From: Lama guanicoe
Taxonomy: Eukaryota
NCBI GenBank assembly: GCA_013239625.1
Contig: MU056737.1
Coordinates: 4,853,846 to 4,917,845, forward strand
DNA: 64,000 nt
Reading direction: 5' to 3'
Below the pieces are notes generated by a model. It had not been told where the DNA came from and did not search any database. It was given only the letters and a program-made list of their open reading frames with translations. This document shows positions 1-12,746 of the stretch, one piece after another; positions within the stretch are counted from its first letter, which is position 1; each line of letters starts with the position of its first letter. Both the position numbers and the translations under genes were made by a program.

Positions 1-890
1 TCACATAACAACGAGGGGTTAATATCCAAAATATTAAAGAGAACTCGTATGACTCACTAGCGAAAAACCAAACACGATTGAAAATGGGCAGAGGATATGA
101 ACAGATATTTTTCCAAGATGCTACAGCTGGCCAGCAGGCACATGGAAAGATACTCAGCATCATCAACCATCAGACAAACGCAGATCAAAACCACAGTGAG
201 ACATCACTGCACTCCTGTTATAACAGCTGTTACAGAAAAGACAAGAAATAACACATGTTGGTGAGGATGTGGAGAAAAGGGAACCCTTGTAAGTCGGTGC
301 AGCCACCATGGAAAACAGGATAGAGATTCCTAAAAAAGTTAAGAATATAAACACCGTGTGGTCCAGCAATTCCACTCCTCGGTGTTTATCCAAAGAAACC
401 AAAAACATTAATACAAGAAGACACACATACCCCAATGTTCACTGAAGCATTATTTACAGCAGCCAATAAATGGAAGTAACCCAAGTGCCCATCAACAGCT
501 GAAGGGATAAAAAAAGCTGTGGGGTATGTATATTTACATACAACGGACTGTTACTCAGCCATGGAAAGAATGAAAGTCTGCCATTTGCTGCAACACAGAT
601 GCACCCAGAGGGTATAACGCTAGTGACGTAAGTCAGAGAAAGACAGACACCGTGTGATTTCACTCAGACATGGACTCTAACATCAGATAAACAAAATGAA
701 ACAAAAACTCAGATACAGAGAACAGACTGGTGATTACCAGAGGGGCTGGGGCTGGGGGCAAAACGGGTGGAGGGGTCAAGAGCACAGTATGGGCAGCAGG
801 GAGCCCGGGGGTGGTCACTCCAGCGTACACAGATGTCAGATTCTGAAACTTATATAATTGTTTAAATGTTGCAAGGAAAGAAAAAAGAGG
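1..890 (+). mobile_element. L1 3' portion (ORF2 C-terminus plus 3' UTR, L1MA9-like), degenerate
   Basis: Typical L1 ORF2-end text (ggggttaatatccaaaata, aatgggcagaggatatgaacaga, gaggatgtggagaaaagggaaccctt, cagcaattccactc, gccatttgctgcaacac), then a 3' UTR and A-rich tail near 872-890. Subfamily is from memory. Confidence 0.9.
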
Positions 891-1014
891 GAGGAGAAAA
901 CTTCTGTATTTTAAAAGCGGCTTAACAGGTACATTCCCCGACTCACTGGCCTTTCTTTGGATCCCGCCGCCACAGAACCGACTATAGGGGAATGCACAGC
1001 ATCTGAGAAGTTTG

Positions 1015-1285
1015 AACACTTACTAGATATTCAACGATATTAAGACATCACTACTAGTTTTATTATGGGACAAAGCGGTTGTGGTTGGGTTTGTCTTTTG
1101 GCAACACAGCCCTGAAATATGGACAGATGGACTCCAACAGGGAGTGTGGGGAGGTGGTGGGTGCACAAGTGGCAAGAGACGCCGGGAGCTGCTGCTGCTG
1201 AGGCCCAGCGATGCCTTGTGGCCGTTCATCCTGCAAGTCTCTCCCCTTGTTTTGCGACCGAAATTCTGCACAACTCTTTAAAGCA
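1015..1285 (+). mobile_element. Old L1MC4/5-like 3' end, strongly GC-shifted
   Basis: actagatattcaacgatattaag...gttgtggtt...ctgaaatat.gacagatg...ctgctgctgagg...gttcatc...gaaattctgcacaa follows the motif order of the recalled L1MC 3' UTR consensus. Confidence 0.6.
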
Positions 1286-2935
1286 CTCAGCACAGCTGGA
1301 AAGACAACGTACTAGAAAGATGACCAGCACCGCGACTCAGCACAGGAAAACACCAACCAAACCAGCCACTGAGAAGAACCCCCAGAGAGTGCAGAAGGCG
1401 CGTTCAGAGGACGTTCACGAAGACGCGCAGCTCAGCGACCATGAAGGAGGCTGAGGAGGAACCCGGAAAGGGAGGAAGGAAGCGCCTTTTGAGCGGGAGA
1501 AGCAGCGGGAGCAGACTCGGGGGCTCGCCTCGGTCCGTCTGAGGACGCCGGCTCTGGCGGGTTTCAGCCTGCGGTGGGGCAGGGGTATTTCTCTCTTCCT
1601 ATTTCCCGTAACTAGCGCGGATGGGCTTTTTTAAGTTGTGGGGGATGGGGAAGAAGATAGAGAAGGGGTGTTCAGGCAGAACAGACATTGCGCAACATTG
1701 GGGGTATGGAGCACAAACACAGAAGACGGAAGTGGCGTCAGCACCATGGAGAGGGCTGGCATCCCAGCAAGGCCACTCAGACGGGCAACCTTCAACAGTG
1801 CACCCGCGGCAGAGCTGTGAGCTGGTGCTGGGCTGGGCGAGGTGCCCACTACCAACAGAGGTCAGTGCCCAGGGGAGCGCAGGAGGCAGCGGGGCCAGCC
1901 AGAGGACTCTCTCTGAGCAGAAGCAGAAAGCAGAAGCAGCCCCAGAGGGAGGGGAAGGGGCGACTCCAGGCAGCGACTCCAGCCTGGCCAGGCTACGCTC
2001 GTGGGCAAACCGCGCTTCGTCCGTGCACAGTCTGCTTCTCAGGACAGGAACCAGAGGAAGGCATCACCAGTGCCCACCCACCCCTCCCTTCTTCCATGAT
2101 GACTCTGCACCCCTTCCGCTTAAAACCCACCATGACGGCCATTTGGACAAAGAGAGAGGGAGACCAGAGAGCCACCCAGCCTGGGAGAGAGGCACAGAGC
2201 CGCTGCCACGAGGCCTTCGCTCACAGGGCTGACGCAACGTCAGTCTCCGTTTTTTTTCATCTGTCCTCTGTTTGACATTATTTGCATATCTTCGAAGAAG
2301 GCACATTTTAACAGAATCTCACTTTCCATGTCGTGGTCTCAGTTAGGAGGGAGCTGCCGAGTCTTTTGGAGGAGTGGGAGCGGCAAGCGCCCCTCAGTGG
2401 GAGGACCGAGGCGGGGCGGACTCACGTGGAAGGACAGCCCCTTGGCTCAGGGGCCGAGCACAGCCTGCCCTGGGAGCCGCGTCGCTGCAAGGGGGGTTCC
2501 TGTGGGGTCACCACAAATGACCACCAAGCACTGAGCTGGGCAGCCTGACCACGAGCAGGGGAGGGGGAGACAGGACGCGGGCACTTCGGACTAACCGCTA
2601 TGGGGGGGTGTGGTGGGGGCGGTGTGGCCGGAAGTCGCACCCCTTCGTCTTCATCAATAAAGTCATGAAACAGCGAAACTGTAGGGAAGAGCTTGAAGGA
2701 GGCGAGGACTGAACACCGAGGGCCCGCCCCAGGAGACCCGACCCCCCAGTCCACCGCCTGAACCCTCCCCGCGGGGGAGCAGGACCCGTGGCGGGCTCCC
2801 TCCCCATCCACGTGCCCCTCCGCAGGCCCCCGAGGGGGCAGGACTGCGTGAGAAGACCCGAGAAGGGCAGGCCTGGGTGGGTGCGGGAGAAACAGAACCC
2901 CGCTGGCAATAAAATCACCAAAGAGCGTGACTTAC

Positions 2936-3296
2936 CATCGTCCAAGCCCGGGGCATTCCTGGGGTCTCCTGCAGGCGAAGGCCATCTCTGGGGGGCAGCC
3001 GGTGCCGAAAGGACCCTGGGCTCTCTCCACGCTGCGCTCAGGAGGTTGCGCGGCGCGGGGTCGCCCTGCCGGGGGGGCAAAGGGGACTTCCGAGCAGCGT
3101 AGGCGCTCAGCGCGGCGACCAGATTCTGCCGGTCCACACCGTCCGCTGACTTGGGGGTGAGCTCGTCGGGCTGGAGCCGGTGGAGCGTGGGCAGCGGGCG
3201 CCCCCCGGGGAAATCCGCCCGGGGCTCAGGAGCATAGGTCAGGGCGGACGTCTGTGCCATGAAGGTCAGCGTGCTCTCGGCAAGGGGGTCCTCGCC
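2936..3296 (-). CDS. PTPRN2: PTPRN2 coding exon 6
   Basis: gtctcccgaccctgcag|GGCGAG...GACGATG|gtaagt. Translates GEDPLAESTLTFMAQTSALTY...LQPDELTPK...AALSAYAA...APAAPQRWPSP...LDD(G), matching human [21 protein letters not shown]...LQPDELSPK...AALSAYAA...APAAPQKWPSP. 361 nt, inside ORF 2598..3344. Confidence 0.97.
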
Positions 3297-3494
3297 CTGC
3301 AGGGTCGGGAGACGGACAGCAGGTGAGCGTGCATCACCAGCCACGTGTCCAGGCAGCCTTGGTCACCCAACAGCGCAGGCACCTGAAACCCATACCCAAG
3401 CAGGCACAGCCCTTTCCAGGCCCTGACTGGCCCAGTTCCCAGTCCACTTCCCTGCCGCGCTGCTTTCTAACAGCTTCACTGAATACAGTCCACC

Positions 3495-3990
3495 GGCCAC
3501 GAACTCACTCAGTTCAGAATTAATTTTCAGTATATCCACACAGTCGTGCAAGCGTCACCACAGTCAGATACCAGAAGACATCCTCTCCCCAAGAGAAACC
3601 GTGTGCGCTTCCCCTCCCCCAGGCCAGGCTAGTCCACTGCCCACTTCCACAACTTTGCCCCCTTGGACATCTCATTAGATGGAAGCGCAACACGTGGCCC
3701 TTTGTGCCTGGCTTCCTTCATAGGATGCAATGTTTCCATGGCTGCAGCGTGTTGGTGCCACATCCCTTTAATGACTGAAGAATATTCTGTTTTGAGGACA
3801 CAGCACATTTTGTTTCCTTTTTCATCCACTGGGTTGTTTCCACTTTGGGGCCACTGTGAGCGATGCTGCTATGTACATTTGTGTCCAAGGTTCTGCGTGT
3901 TGTGTCTGCTTCCCTGGGCATCGGCTCGAGAGTGTGGACTCATAACTGGCCCAGGACTGCCCACTGTGTCCCTGCAGGGCTGCACCACGT
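3495..3990 (-). mobile_element. Old L1 (L1MB/L1MC-like) 3' end
   Basis: Plus strand ttttcagtatatccaca...tggacatctcatt...tggcttccttca...aatgactgaagaatattctgtt...ttgggttgtttccactttggg is the reverse complement of an L1 3' end. Confidence 0.8.
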
Positions 3991-4854
3991 ACCCCCCTTA
4001 CAGCTGCAGGGGCAGCGTGTGAGGCTCTGGGTCCTGGGTGTCCTCGCCCACACTCGGTGCGGGCGTCTTCCTTACACAGCTGTCCCATGGCTGGGCAGTA
4101 TCTCTGAGGTTCGGTTTGCACTTCCCCGATGGCAAAGGAGGTGGAGCACTCACCCTTCGTGTGTCCCCCAGCCCCGCCTGCAGCACGCTGTGGTCACATA
4201 GAGCAGCGCCTCTGGCTGAGCGGCTCCTTCAGCAGGAGCTCCAGCTGCTCATCCTAGCTCCATCCTTTGCTGGTCATTTAAATTCCTTTATAACCTACTC
4301 CTTTTACAGCGATGTTCCAGCTGGTGATGCTGCCAGCATCTCTGGTTTGACACCTGATGTGGACCCCAGGCCTCTGAGCCCCACATACTTTCCCTCCACA
4401 CCCACTTAGTACACAGTCCCAGGAGGACGCATCCCCGTCACACTTTGTTCTGTCCACTACCCCAAACAAGGCCCAGCTCCCCAGCCCGGGACAGCCGTGA
4501 AGACGTGAGCAGTCTGTGTCCTCCCTCTGACCGCAGCACCGTCAAAACTTCACCGACAGACACAGTGATGTCCCCCTTGGACCTGACTCAGAGCCCCTTC
4601 GTAGTGCGCTGGGCCCACAGGGTCTGCGGGCCATGAATCTTTAAAGGTCTTGCCAGTTCACACTCTCTCCACGCACCTCCCACAGGGCCACGATGAACGC
4701 CAAGTCACTGGCTACACACTTGGGTTAAGATGTGTGGCCATCACTGAATTCAAGATGGTGGTTCAGGCTCCCAAGTCTGCCTCGTTTTTAAACTGCTTGG
4801 CCTCAGCTTCCCAGGACGCATCCCGGTGGAGCGAGCGAGAGCCGGAAAGTGGGG

Positions 4855-4990
4855 TGACTGGGTTCCAGTTTCCCTCTCACACATGAACTCGGGCAAATCA
4901 CTCGACCTCTTGAGACTCACTTTTCTTCTGTCAAAGAAGGAGATTGGACATGATCCCTAAGGTGGTTATTTCTAAAATGATGTGATTCTA
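4855..4990 (+). mobile_element. MIR3-like SINE relic
   Basis: ctgggttccagt...gggcaaatcact.gacctct...ttcttctgtcaaa...ggacatgatccctaaggt...atgtgattcta. Confidence 0.65.
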
Positions 4991-5074
4991 GTTGTCATCT
5001 GAATTGCTGAATTTTGTCCAAGTACTGGCTGAAATCAACTGCTTTTCCTTTAGAAGAGAAAAAACAAGCCTCAC

Positions 5075-5110
5075 GAGAGAGAGAGGGAGAGAGAAAGAGA
5101 GAGAGGGGGA
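5075..5110. repeat. (GA)n-rich microsatellite
   Basis: gagagagagagggagagagaaagagagagagggg. Confidence 0.9.
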
Positions 5111-5669
5111 CACGCTCCACAACAAACAGCCCGCCAGCCCCCCGCACAAACGGGGAGGGAGTGTCGGTCTGAAGTCCAGCCTGAACTCTATTCAGAGGGC
5201 TGTCTCTGCACAGCCGGTCAGGCCGCAGCGCTGGGGGCCAGGGCTGCCTCGCTGCTGTGCCGCGAGCCCTGCTCCTCTCTCGCTGCGAAGGCCGCCGAAC
5301 CCAGAGCTCCCACTCGAGGGCCTTGAAAGACAGTCGAGTGGGAGCTCGGCTGCAGGACCCAGCAGGCCGAGCACGGTGCGGCAGAGTACTGCAGGGCGCG
5401 ATCCATGTAGCGGACAGCAACAGACACGCTGTATGGGTCTTTCATGCTCTGAACCAAATTAGGGTGAAGAGGGAGAAGGAGCATTTCAGCAGGCAGGCTG
5501 TGGAAAGATTGAAAGCACGGGCTTCCACCAGTCACACCAGGTCCTCTGAGAGCGACGTGGGCGCGGCAGTGTCCTCCCGGTGAGGGCGCCCTGGTCTCCG
5601 GGGAGGTGAGTGAGGAAGGCAACCTCGTGGTCGCTTCACATCCCGGAGGAGAGAGTGCGTGGAGGGAGC

Positions 5670-5790
5670 TGGGGTCTGGGCCAGGCTGCCAGGGTCTGAC
5701 TCCACCTCCGCTGCTCACAAGGCTAGTGACCTTCGCTTTGGCGAGTCAGTTAACCTCTGAGTCATCTGTGAAGTAGGGAAGATGGCCCCG
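5670..5790 (+). mobile_element. MIR relic
   Basis: gggtctgactccacctccgctgctcac...gtgacctt...agtcagttaacctctgag...catctgtgaagtaggg. Confidence 0.55.
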
Positions 5791-6399
5791 GAACCCAGAA
5801 CACGGTGGCTCCTGGTGCTGTCCCTGCGGTGCCTTCTTACACCTGTACCTTCTTTGAAGCAACAGGAAGCCCGAGGGTCAGCCCCTGACGGGGGCCATCC
5901 AAGTGCACCCCTTGTCACACTGTCAGCTCTGAGTCTAAAAGGCTCCAGCTCACTTTCAAACCCCCTATTCTAAAGATGTTTTAAGCCTCAATTGAACAAA
6001 CCTATGAGTCAAATTTCCTACAATAATGCTGAATAATTATTGAGACTGTACAGTTGCCCAAATCTGCAACCTAAAAGGACTGGCTGATTTCCAGCACATG
6101 GTCTGGCTCCTCCAGGCACATTCATGCTTCACGCTGCGTGTCAGAGACGCCGAGTGTGGGTGTCCGCAGTGCGATCCCCTGTGTGTGTGGAGCGGTGGAG
6201 AACGGCTGCCAGTCTCGCTGCCCTTTGCACTGAAATGACGTCCATCTAGGCTCGTCCCTTAACTCATGGTGCTCCCACGGGAGAGGGGGTGAAACCCACT
6301 CACAACACACCCCACAGGCGTTGGCTGACCAGACCCAGGAGGAGACTGGCCCCGTCTGGCCAGCACAGCTCAGTGGGGCCTTTGTAACTTTGCAACCTC

Positions 6400-6535
6400 T
6401 TCGAACTTCACTTTTACCACCTGCAAAACTGGGGAAAAGTTCTTTTTTTCTTGAAGCACTTGTGAGTATTAGGGAGAGTATAGGGGAACGTGCCTAGTTC
6501 AGCTCGCAGCTCCGAGGAGGCATCTGATAAACCAC
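6400..6535 (+). mobile_element. MIR 3' relic
   Basis: catctgcaaaactgggg...ttgtgagtattagggaga...gtgcctag. Confidence 0.5.
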
Positions 6536-6565
6536 AGGCAGCATCAGCATCACTGCCTTCAAGCA

Positions 6566-6690
6566 GCATCACCACCATCACCACCACCATCACCACCACC
6601 ATCACCAGTGTCACCACCATCAACATCACCAACTTTATTACCACCATCACCGCCACCGCCGCCACCACCACCACCACCACCACCATCACA
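6566..6690. repeat. Imperfect (CAC/CAT)n trinucleotide repeat
   Basis: atcaccaccatcaccaccaccatc... It produces the spurious poly-Thr and poly-Val ORFs at 6490 and 6414. Confidence 0.95.
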
Positions 6691-6900
6691 CCCACTGCTG
6701 TGCTGAGCTCTGGGCTACATTCTGTAGAGGAGGAACATCTCAATCACGGACCTATCTTCAGACAGTTTGCAGACTGAAGTGGGAGTTGAGTCACAGACAT
6801 CAGTAACTATAATTGAAAGTGTATTAAGGAGGTTTGCTGATGGAGTCTGGAAGGAAGTGACCACAGTCAGCTGGGGAAATCAGGGCAGCTTCCTGGAGCC
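6690..6900 (-). mobile_element. L2 relic
   Basis: ctgtgctgagctctggg...cagtttgcagactgaagtggga...agtaactataatt...ggggaaatcagggcagcttcctggag. Confidence 0.55.
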
Positions 6901-9659
6901 AGCGGACACACTTCCTAGACCTGACTGCCCATCAGTGAGGCAGCCATGGAAGTGCCTTCCTTACCTCCCAGCTGCGCCAGCACCTAGGTCCTCGGGCTGC
7001 AGGTCGGTGCCTTCCTCTCACGGAAACCTACCCGCCCAAGTCCCAAATCGCACAATTATGAATTCAGACTGCCAGGAAGGCCTGCGGGCCCTCCGAGTCC
7101 CACATGCCAGCAAACGCTGAGGGGATGAGACCCACGTCCACACATTGGTCACTCATGCTCATCAGATAGTCTCTGGTGCCAAGGATCCAAAACAAATTAG
7201 GAAACCCAAATTGGGCCATCTGTGGACCAGATGACAAACATTTCCTCCAGTTTGTCTCACAGCCCGAAGGCAGCGCTGACAAGCACACTGATCAAGACAC
7301 GCTTGCTGCTGGCGTGACAAAGTCCACAGCAGTGGGGCTGCCACAGGCTCCCTAACGAGATGGCCCTGCGGCACTACCGGACGCAGCCGGACTTGGGGGC
7401 TGGGGCCTCAGGGACCCCCACCTCCAGCTCATTAATGTAAGGGGGTGTTACTTTGCTCTGCTTCTCTGTGCTCCGGCTGCAGAGGGAGATCCTGGCCAGT
7501 TGTTCTCTGTCTGTCTGTCTGTCTGTCTCTCCCAACACAGTGGAAAAGTTGTCAGAGCTCAACAGTGTTCAGGCTCTAAGCTGCCCACCACGTGCAGGGG
7601 AAGGAGATTGGAGGTGTCATGCTTACTGACAGCACTGTCGCAGGACAGGACGCTCCTGCAGTCAGAGGAGCCTTGGGCGGGTCTGTCTCTGACCAGGGTA
7701 GCTGTGCTCTGGTTGCTGAGATACAGAGCTTTCAGTTAGAAAAATAAGCCCCACACAGCTTCTGCAGAGTTCACACACTCTGAGGTTGAAGAGGTGTTAG
7801 GATCTAGACCCCAGGATCAATGATCCTGCACAAGGTTGAGAGCAACACGGAGCGTGGCTGTTAAATCACGGGCATCAACAAACGTTATGCAGCTGGAATT
7901 ACTCTACAGAAACCCCAGCGAAGCACGGAGCAGGTGCCGTCCTCATTCCGTCCCGCCCTGCCTCTCCCTCCGGTGTCTCTGCCTCAGGACACGCGCCTTC
8001 TGGTTGGCGTTCTGTTCTGTCCTGTCCAGCAGCTGCACCCGCAGCCTCACACCCGCAAGCAGAGAGCAAAGGGACTGGACGGAAGCAGAGGTGCAATCAG
8101 CTTTCCCCTCCCCCTTGGATGCGCACGAGGCCTGAGCTGCAGGCCAGCCGACCAGAGCACCCCACTGAGGCCGTCAGGACAGCGGGCACAGCGCGGGTCG
8201 TGTGCTCTGAGGACCAGCGCTAGGCCCTCTGGCTTTGAGTGCTTGCCATTCCCTTTGACCCCCTCAGCAACCCTCTGGTGTAGACACAAGCATCCTCAGC
8301 TTCGGGGCAAGAGACAAGATCTCCTGTGAGTTCGGGCAGAGCTGGCTTTGGCCACAGAGAAGCAGGCCCACCCTGCAGTCCGCCCAACGGAAAATGCAGA
8401 ACCACGCTCAGCTGGGTTTAAAGAGCCAACTCGGGGACCTTGTTTCGGACTTAAAAAATAAACACGAAAAGGCTGGAGGAGAATTTCAGGGCTCTGGTTT
8501 CAGCGCTGCCAACAATTAAGCGTTGAAAGTGGACAGGTGCTGTTTCCCTCATCAGCGGAGGTGCCGAGCAGTGGTCTCAAGGGACGTCTCGTCCTCCAGA
8601 ACGTGTGACCGCAGAAGGCCAGCGCCCCTCAGTGAGGCGGCGGGATGGGTGAACGCCCGTGGAGACCACCCAGGCAGCGTCGCACATGGCGACACAAGGA
8701 GTCAAATCGAAACTGAAGAGAAAAAGAGAACGTCTTCTGCGCACACGGAATTCGACAGCGGAGAGGAACCAGTGAGCGCAGAGCCCCCCGAAGCTTGGCA
8801 GGTGCTAGGCACGTGCTCAGACCGCCACCACCTCCCCCGGCAGGGGTGCTGCAGAGAGCCAGCCACCTCCCCAAGGCTGCAGCGTACACCCTGGGGCCAG
8901 GAGCGGCTCAGGTCCAGCTCACGTGAGCCCAGGACAGAAGAGAGGCGGAGGGAAGGGCCGCGGGCCTGGGTGGGGAGGTGCTGTGATCACACCACGAAAA
9001 GACACGAGCTGAGCACCTGCCCTCCTGCATCCACACCATGGCCACCGCCCCACCGGGCGCACAAGCCCACCACAGCCGGGAGGTTGGCTTGCCCCGCAGC
9101 TCAGCTCTGAGCTGGTAAGAGTCCTGGACACCCAGCCAGGAGAGCGGGCTGCTCTGCAGCGGGACGTCGTCCGGGGATGAAGGGGGTCAGGACGACAGCT
9201 GGGACGCCTTGACCCTTCCTCCGTGGATGCACACCACCAGGGCTCCGCCTCCCACCCAAGATCAGTACAAATGAAAGCAGGAGCCAGAAATTCAAAATCA
9301 AACGACACCGGAGAGGTGGCACGCTTAAGCGCTGTGGCCGCGGTCCTCTGAGCTCTGCAGTTTTGCACATGCTGCTCCCAGTGGCGTAGCTAAGTCCAGG
9401 GCAGGAGGGACCCCCATGTTCCCAAACTCATGTTCCCAAACTCAATCTCCGAAGGTGGCACCTCTTCAGAGACGAGAGACGAAGTGGCGGGCCTGTTGGT
9501 GGACCCTGGGTGGTCTCTGGGTGGGGCCCTGTGAGCGAGGCTGCGGCGACGGCCGCCTGCAGGACTTCTCCTGAGCAGCCCGGGGGCACCTGCTGCGTCA
9601 CAGGACAGATGGACGCTCAGCCATAAATAAACTGCCAAGTGATGGCTGAGCAGCTCATA

Positions 9660-11030
9660 TTCCCACAAACTGGAGCGTTTCCATCACTCTTCACCCCGCA
9701 AGGAGCAGGTACTACGGTTCTTTTAACTTAAGCCAGTCTAGTGGACGTGAGGTTTGCTCCTGAATCTCCCGAATGAATGATGATGGTGAGTGTCTCGGGT
9801 GCCGTTACTAGCCACTTGTTTGTCTCTTTAAGCGAAGCACCTGTTGAGAACTCGCATGCTTGCGCTGGCCGCTCGTCGCTGAGGCGCAGCTGACACGCAG
9901 CAAACGGTGTGCCTCTGCTCTCACGCGCTCTCGCGCAGGCGCACCCTGGGGGACCGGCAGTCAGGACAGTGCATGCCGGTCACCCCACACGTGTCTGCCT
10001 GCCCTCTGGACGCCTCCCCAGCCTCCGTCTCCAGCCCCCGCCCAGCCTGCCTTCCGTCCCTTACGCTCTAGTTCTCGTTTTCTAAAATTCTGCATAAATG
10101 GGATGAGAACATGTGCTCTTTCCTGTCTTCCAATGAGCACAGTTACTCTCAAGTTCATCCATGCTGCTGCGTGCACCCACGGTATTCACTTTTACTACTA
10201 ACCAGAGTTCCCTTTAACGGGTGAAATGCAAGATGTTTATCCACTCGCTCACTGATACGCACTTGGGTTGTCTCCACTCGCTGGAAATTGCTATTGCAGC
10301 CTCTGTGAACATTCCTGTTCCTGGTGGACAAAGCTTCCCTTCTCGGGCAGGAGTGGGAGGCTGGATAGAGAGCAGGTGTGTGTTTTCCAAAGTGGCTGAA
10401 CCCCCTTCCACTCCCACCAGCAGTGTGAGAGTGCAGTGCACCCACCTTCTCACCAACATGCGGAGCAGTCAGTCTTCTGCGTTCAGCCGCTCTGACAGGC
10501 ATGCAGTGGCCTCTCACCACTGCTGTAACTCGTACCTCCCCAGTGAACAGCCACGTCCAACACTTCACACGAGCTTTCTGCCTCCCGTTTGTCCCCCTTG
10601 GTGAAGTCCTTTTGCTCATGTTTTATTTGTCTGTTTTTTTCAGTGAGTCTTGAGAGCTCTCTACACACTGCGGAGAGAAGTGCTTCTTCAGGTGCATTGC
10701 TGGCAAACACTCTTTCCACGCCTATAACTTGTCTTTCCCATCTCATCGGTACCTTTCTTCCCAAAGCTTCTGTGAGGAGTGCCTCCGAAGGCCACGGAGC
10801 CACCCACCCCGGGCCCCTTGGGGACTAGCCACCCTAACCCTCACCCCCGCCCTCACCCCAGGCAAGTCAAAGCCTGGCAGCTCCCGTTCAACCAGTTGTC
10901 AGAAAAAATCACGCACACTTGCCCACTAAAAGTTACCAAGATCTCTAATCGTTTCTGTGAACTGTCCTTTTCAATATGCTCCAAATCTTGGGTGGCTCTA
11001 AAGCAGACTGGCCTCGGTACAAAACGAACT
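9660..11030 (-). mobile_element. Cluster of old L1 fragments (L1MC/L1ME-like 3' UTR and ORF2 end)
   Basis: taaatgggatgag...ctcaagttcatccatgctgctg...tttatccactc...cttgggttgtctcca...cactcccaccagcagtgtgagagt...tgaagtccttttgctcat. An upstream piece at 9660-9850 contains agccagtctagtggacgtg. Confidence 0.8.
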
Positions 11031-11392
11031 TCCATCCTAGGGCCCGACAGCTGGTGCCTACACGCCGCCCCAAGGGCGGTGTGTGGAAGGAGGGCTTTCC
11101 GGGGACAGCGACTTGCAGTGCAGGCCCCAGGACAGTCTGGGGCACCCCGGACCCACCTGCTTCCCACCCTCCCCGAGCACAAGTGGGCCCCGTGGCCCCG
11201 GCCTGTCCAAGCGGGAACACAGGCCCTCCTTAAGGGTGGAGACGCCAGGCCTCCTGCCCCGCCCACTGACCAGGATACAGCAGAAAGCCCAGAGATGCTG
11301 CGGGCCTGGGAACCACTGTCCCCATGTGCCCAGAGGGAACCGCCTGGCAGGTACAGACATGCCCCAGACTAGAGAGAGAGCTCCGAAGTCAC

Positions 11393-11552
11393 CTGCACCA
11401 GCGGCCTGTCCAGCTTCAGCCCGGGGAGCGTGTTCGGGGCGGCAGCCTGGGCCAAGGCCTCCAGGTAGGGCAGGTAGCGCTGAAGGACCTCGGCCAGCAC
11501 GTCGCCCTCCAGGCTGAGGCCCCGTTCATCCTGGACGCTCTGCTTGGGGCTC
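11393..11552 (-). CDS. PTPRN2: PTPRN2 coding exon 5
   Basis: ttccctttgcttttcag|GAGCCCC...GTGCAG|gtgact. Translates (R)SPKQSVQDERGLSLEGDVLAEVLQRYLPYLEALAQAAAPNTLPGLKLDRPLVQ versus human [37 protein letters not shown]...DRPPAE. 160 nt, inside ORF 11369..11884. Confidence 0.94.
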
Positions 11553-12643
11553 CTGAAAAGCAAAGGGAAAGCTTTTGCCAGTCCAGGGCCCTGGCATCCA
11601 CCCTGCACTCCAGCCACGGCGGGAGCCTCCCACGTGGTGGCCTGGGGCGGCGCACCACACTCAGGCACAGCTTCATAAAGAGGAAGAAGTGGGCGGCACT
11701 GAGACGCCCAGCGTAACGTAAAGTCCAGCATGGAGAGTCTGAACTCACCCAAATAAAAATTGAAATTCGAGACAGCTTGACGCTGGGTCTGTGTTGTTTC
11801 ACACAACAGATGACATCGCACATTCTCCTGGATGAAGCCCAGGGTATCAGCACAAGAAACACAAAGAACAGCTCTGACCCTCAAGAAACCCTCAGTCCAG
11901 CCAGCGAGAGGTACTTCGGTGACCAGCCATCAGGTTCACACTCACACGTTTGTCCCCAGGACCTGGTGGCCCAGCTGCTTCCTGTCCTCGAAGGCCAGAG
12001 GCAGAAAGGCAGGCCCTGAAGGCTAGCGTTCAGGGGCTGCTGTGGCTAGGCCTGCCATGTGGGACGTTCTCTCTGAGGGAAGAATGGACTTTGCACGTGA
12101 AGCCGGGGGGTCCTCTTCCTGCTCAGTGAGTGAGAGGGACGGCCTGCTGACTGCACCGTGTCCTTGGATGGAGTGCTCAACCCGGGCCTGTGTCCCCTGC
12201 AGGAGTGGACGAGGCCCCGGACCCTCTGACGGGGCGGGTGAGGACGCAGTGGGGATAGCCCTCCGCTCACACAGGCCGCGGTGCTCGGGGAATGGGGTGA
12301 CACTCGGGGCTTAATCCTGCTTTTTGTACCAAAGTGAACAATAAACTCCCCCTGGGAGATGAGAATTCTGACTTCTCTGCTTTCAGCCAAGGCTCTGAGG
12401 ATGCAGACTTTCCAAGGGTCTCAGGAAGAACAGGGGAGGACCCCTGGGCACGTCTGGGGTGACAAGGGCACCCGGGTGGTGGCTGCAGCACACCCACGGG
12501 CAGGGCCCCGTGCAGACACCCCAACTTTGTGGAACTTCAATGCCAGGGAGATGGGGGTACTCTGCCGCATGACACAAGGAACTAGGCTTGGTGGCTGCTG
12601 TCTGTGGCCGTTTTCATGGGGACAGAAGGCACATCCACCTTAC

Positions 12644-12746
12644 CTGGCCAGATGGGACGCGTCGGGACGTCGTGGGTAGGTCTGGGGGAGGCGTGAGAGC
12701 TCCCGGGCCATCAGGTGCTGGGCGGCGGCGTCCTGCCACGAGGAAC
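12644..12746 (-). CDS. PTPRN2: PTPRN2 coding exon 4
   Basis: ctctccccacag|GTTCCTCG...GCCAG|gtaagg. Translates (G)SSWQDAAAQHLMARELSRLPQTYPRRPDASHLA(R) versus human [35 protein letters not shown]. 103 nt, inside ORF 12640..12897. Confidence 0.95.

Noticed and set aside
6414-6777. Poly-Val (membrane-like) and poly-Thr (mucin-like) ORFs
   Set aside because: They are translations of the (CAC)n repeat lying between MIR and L2 relics.
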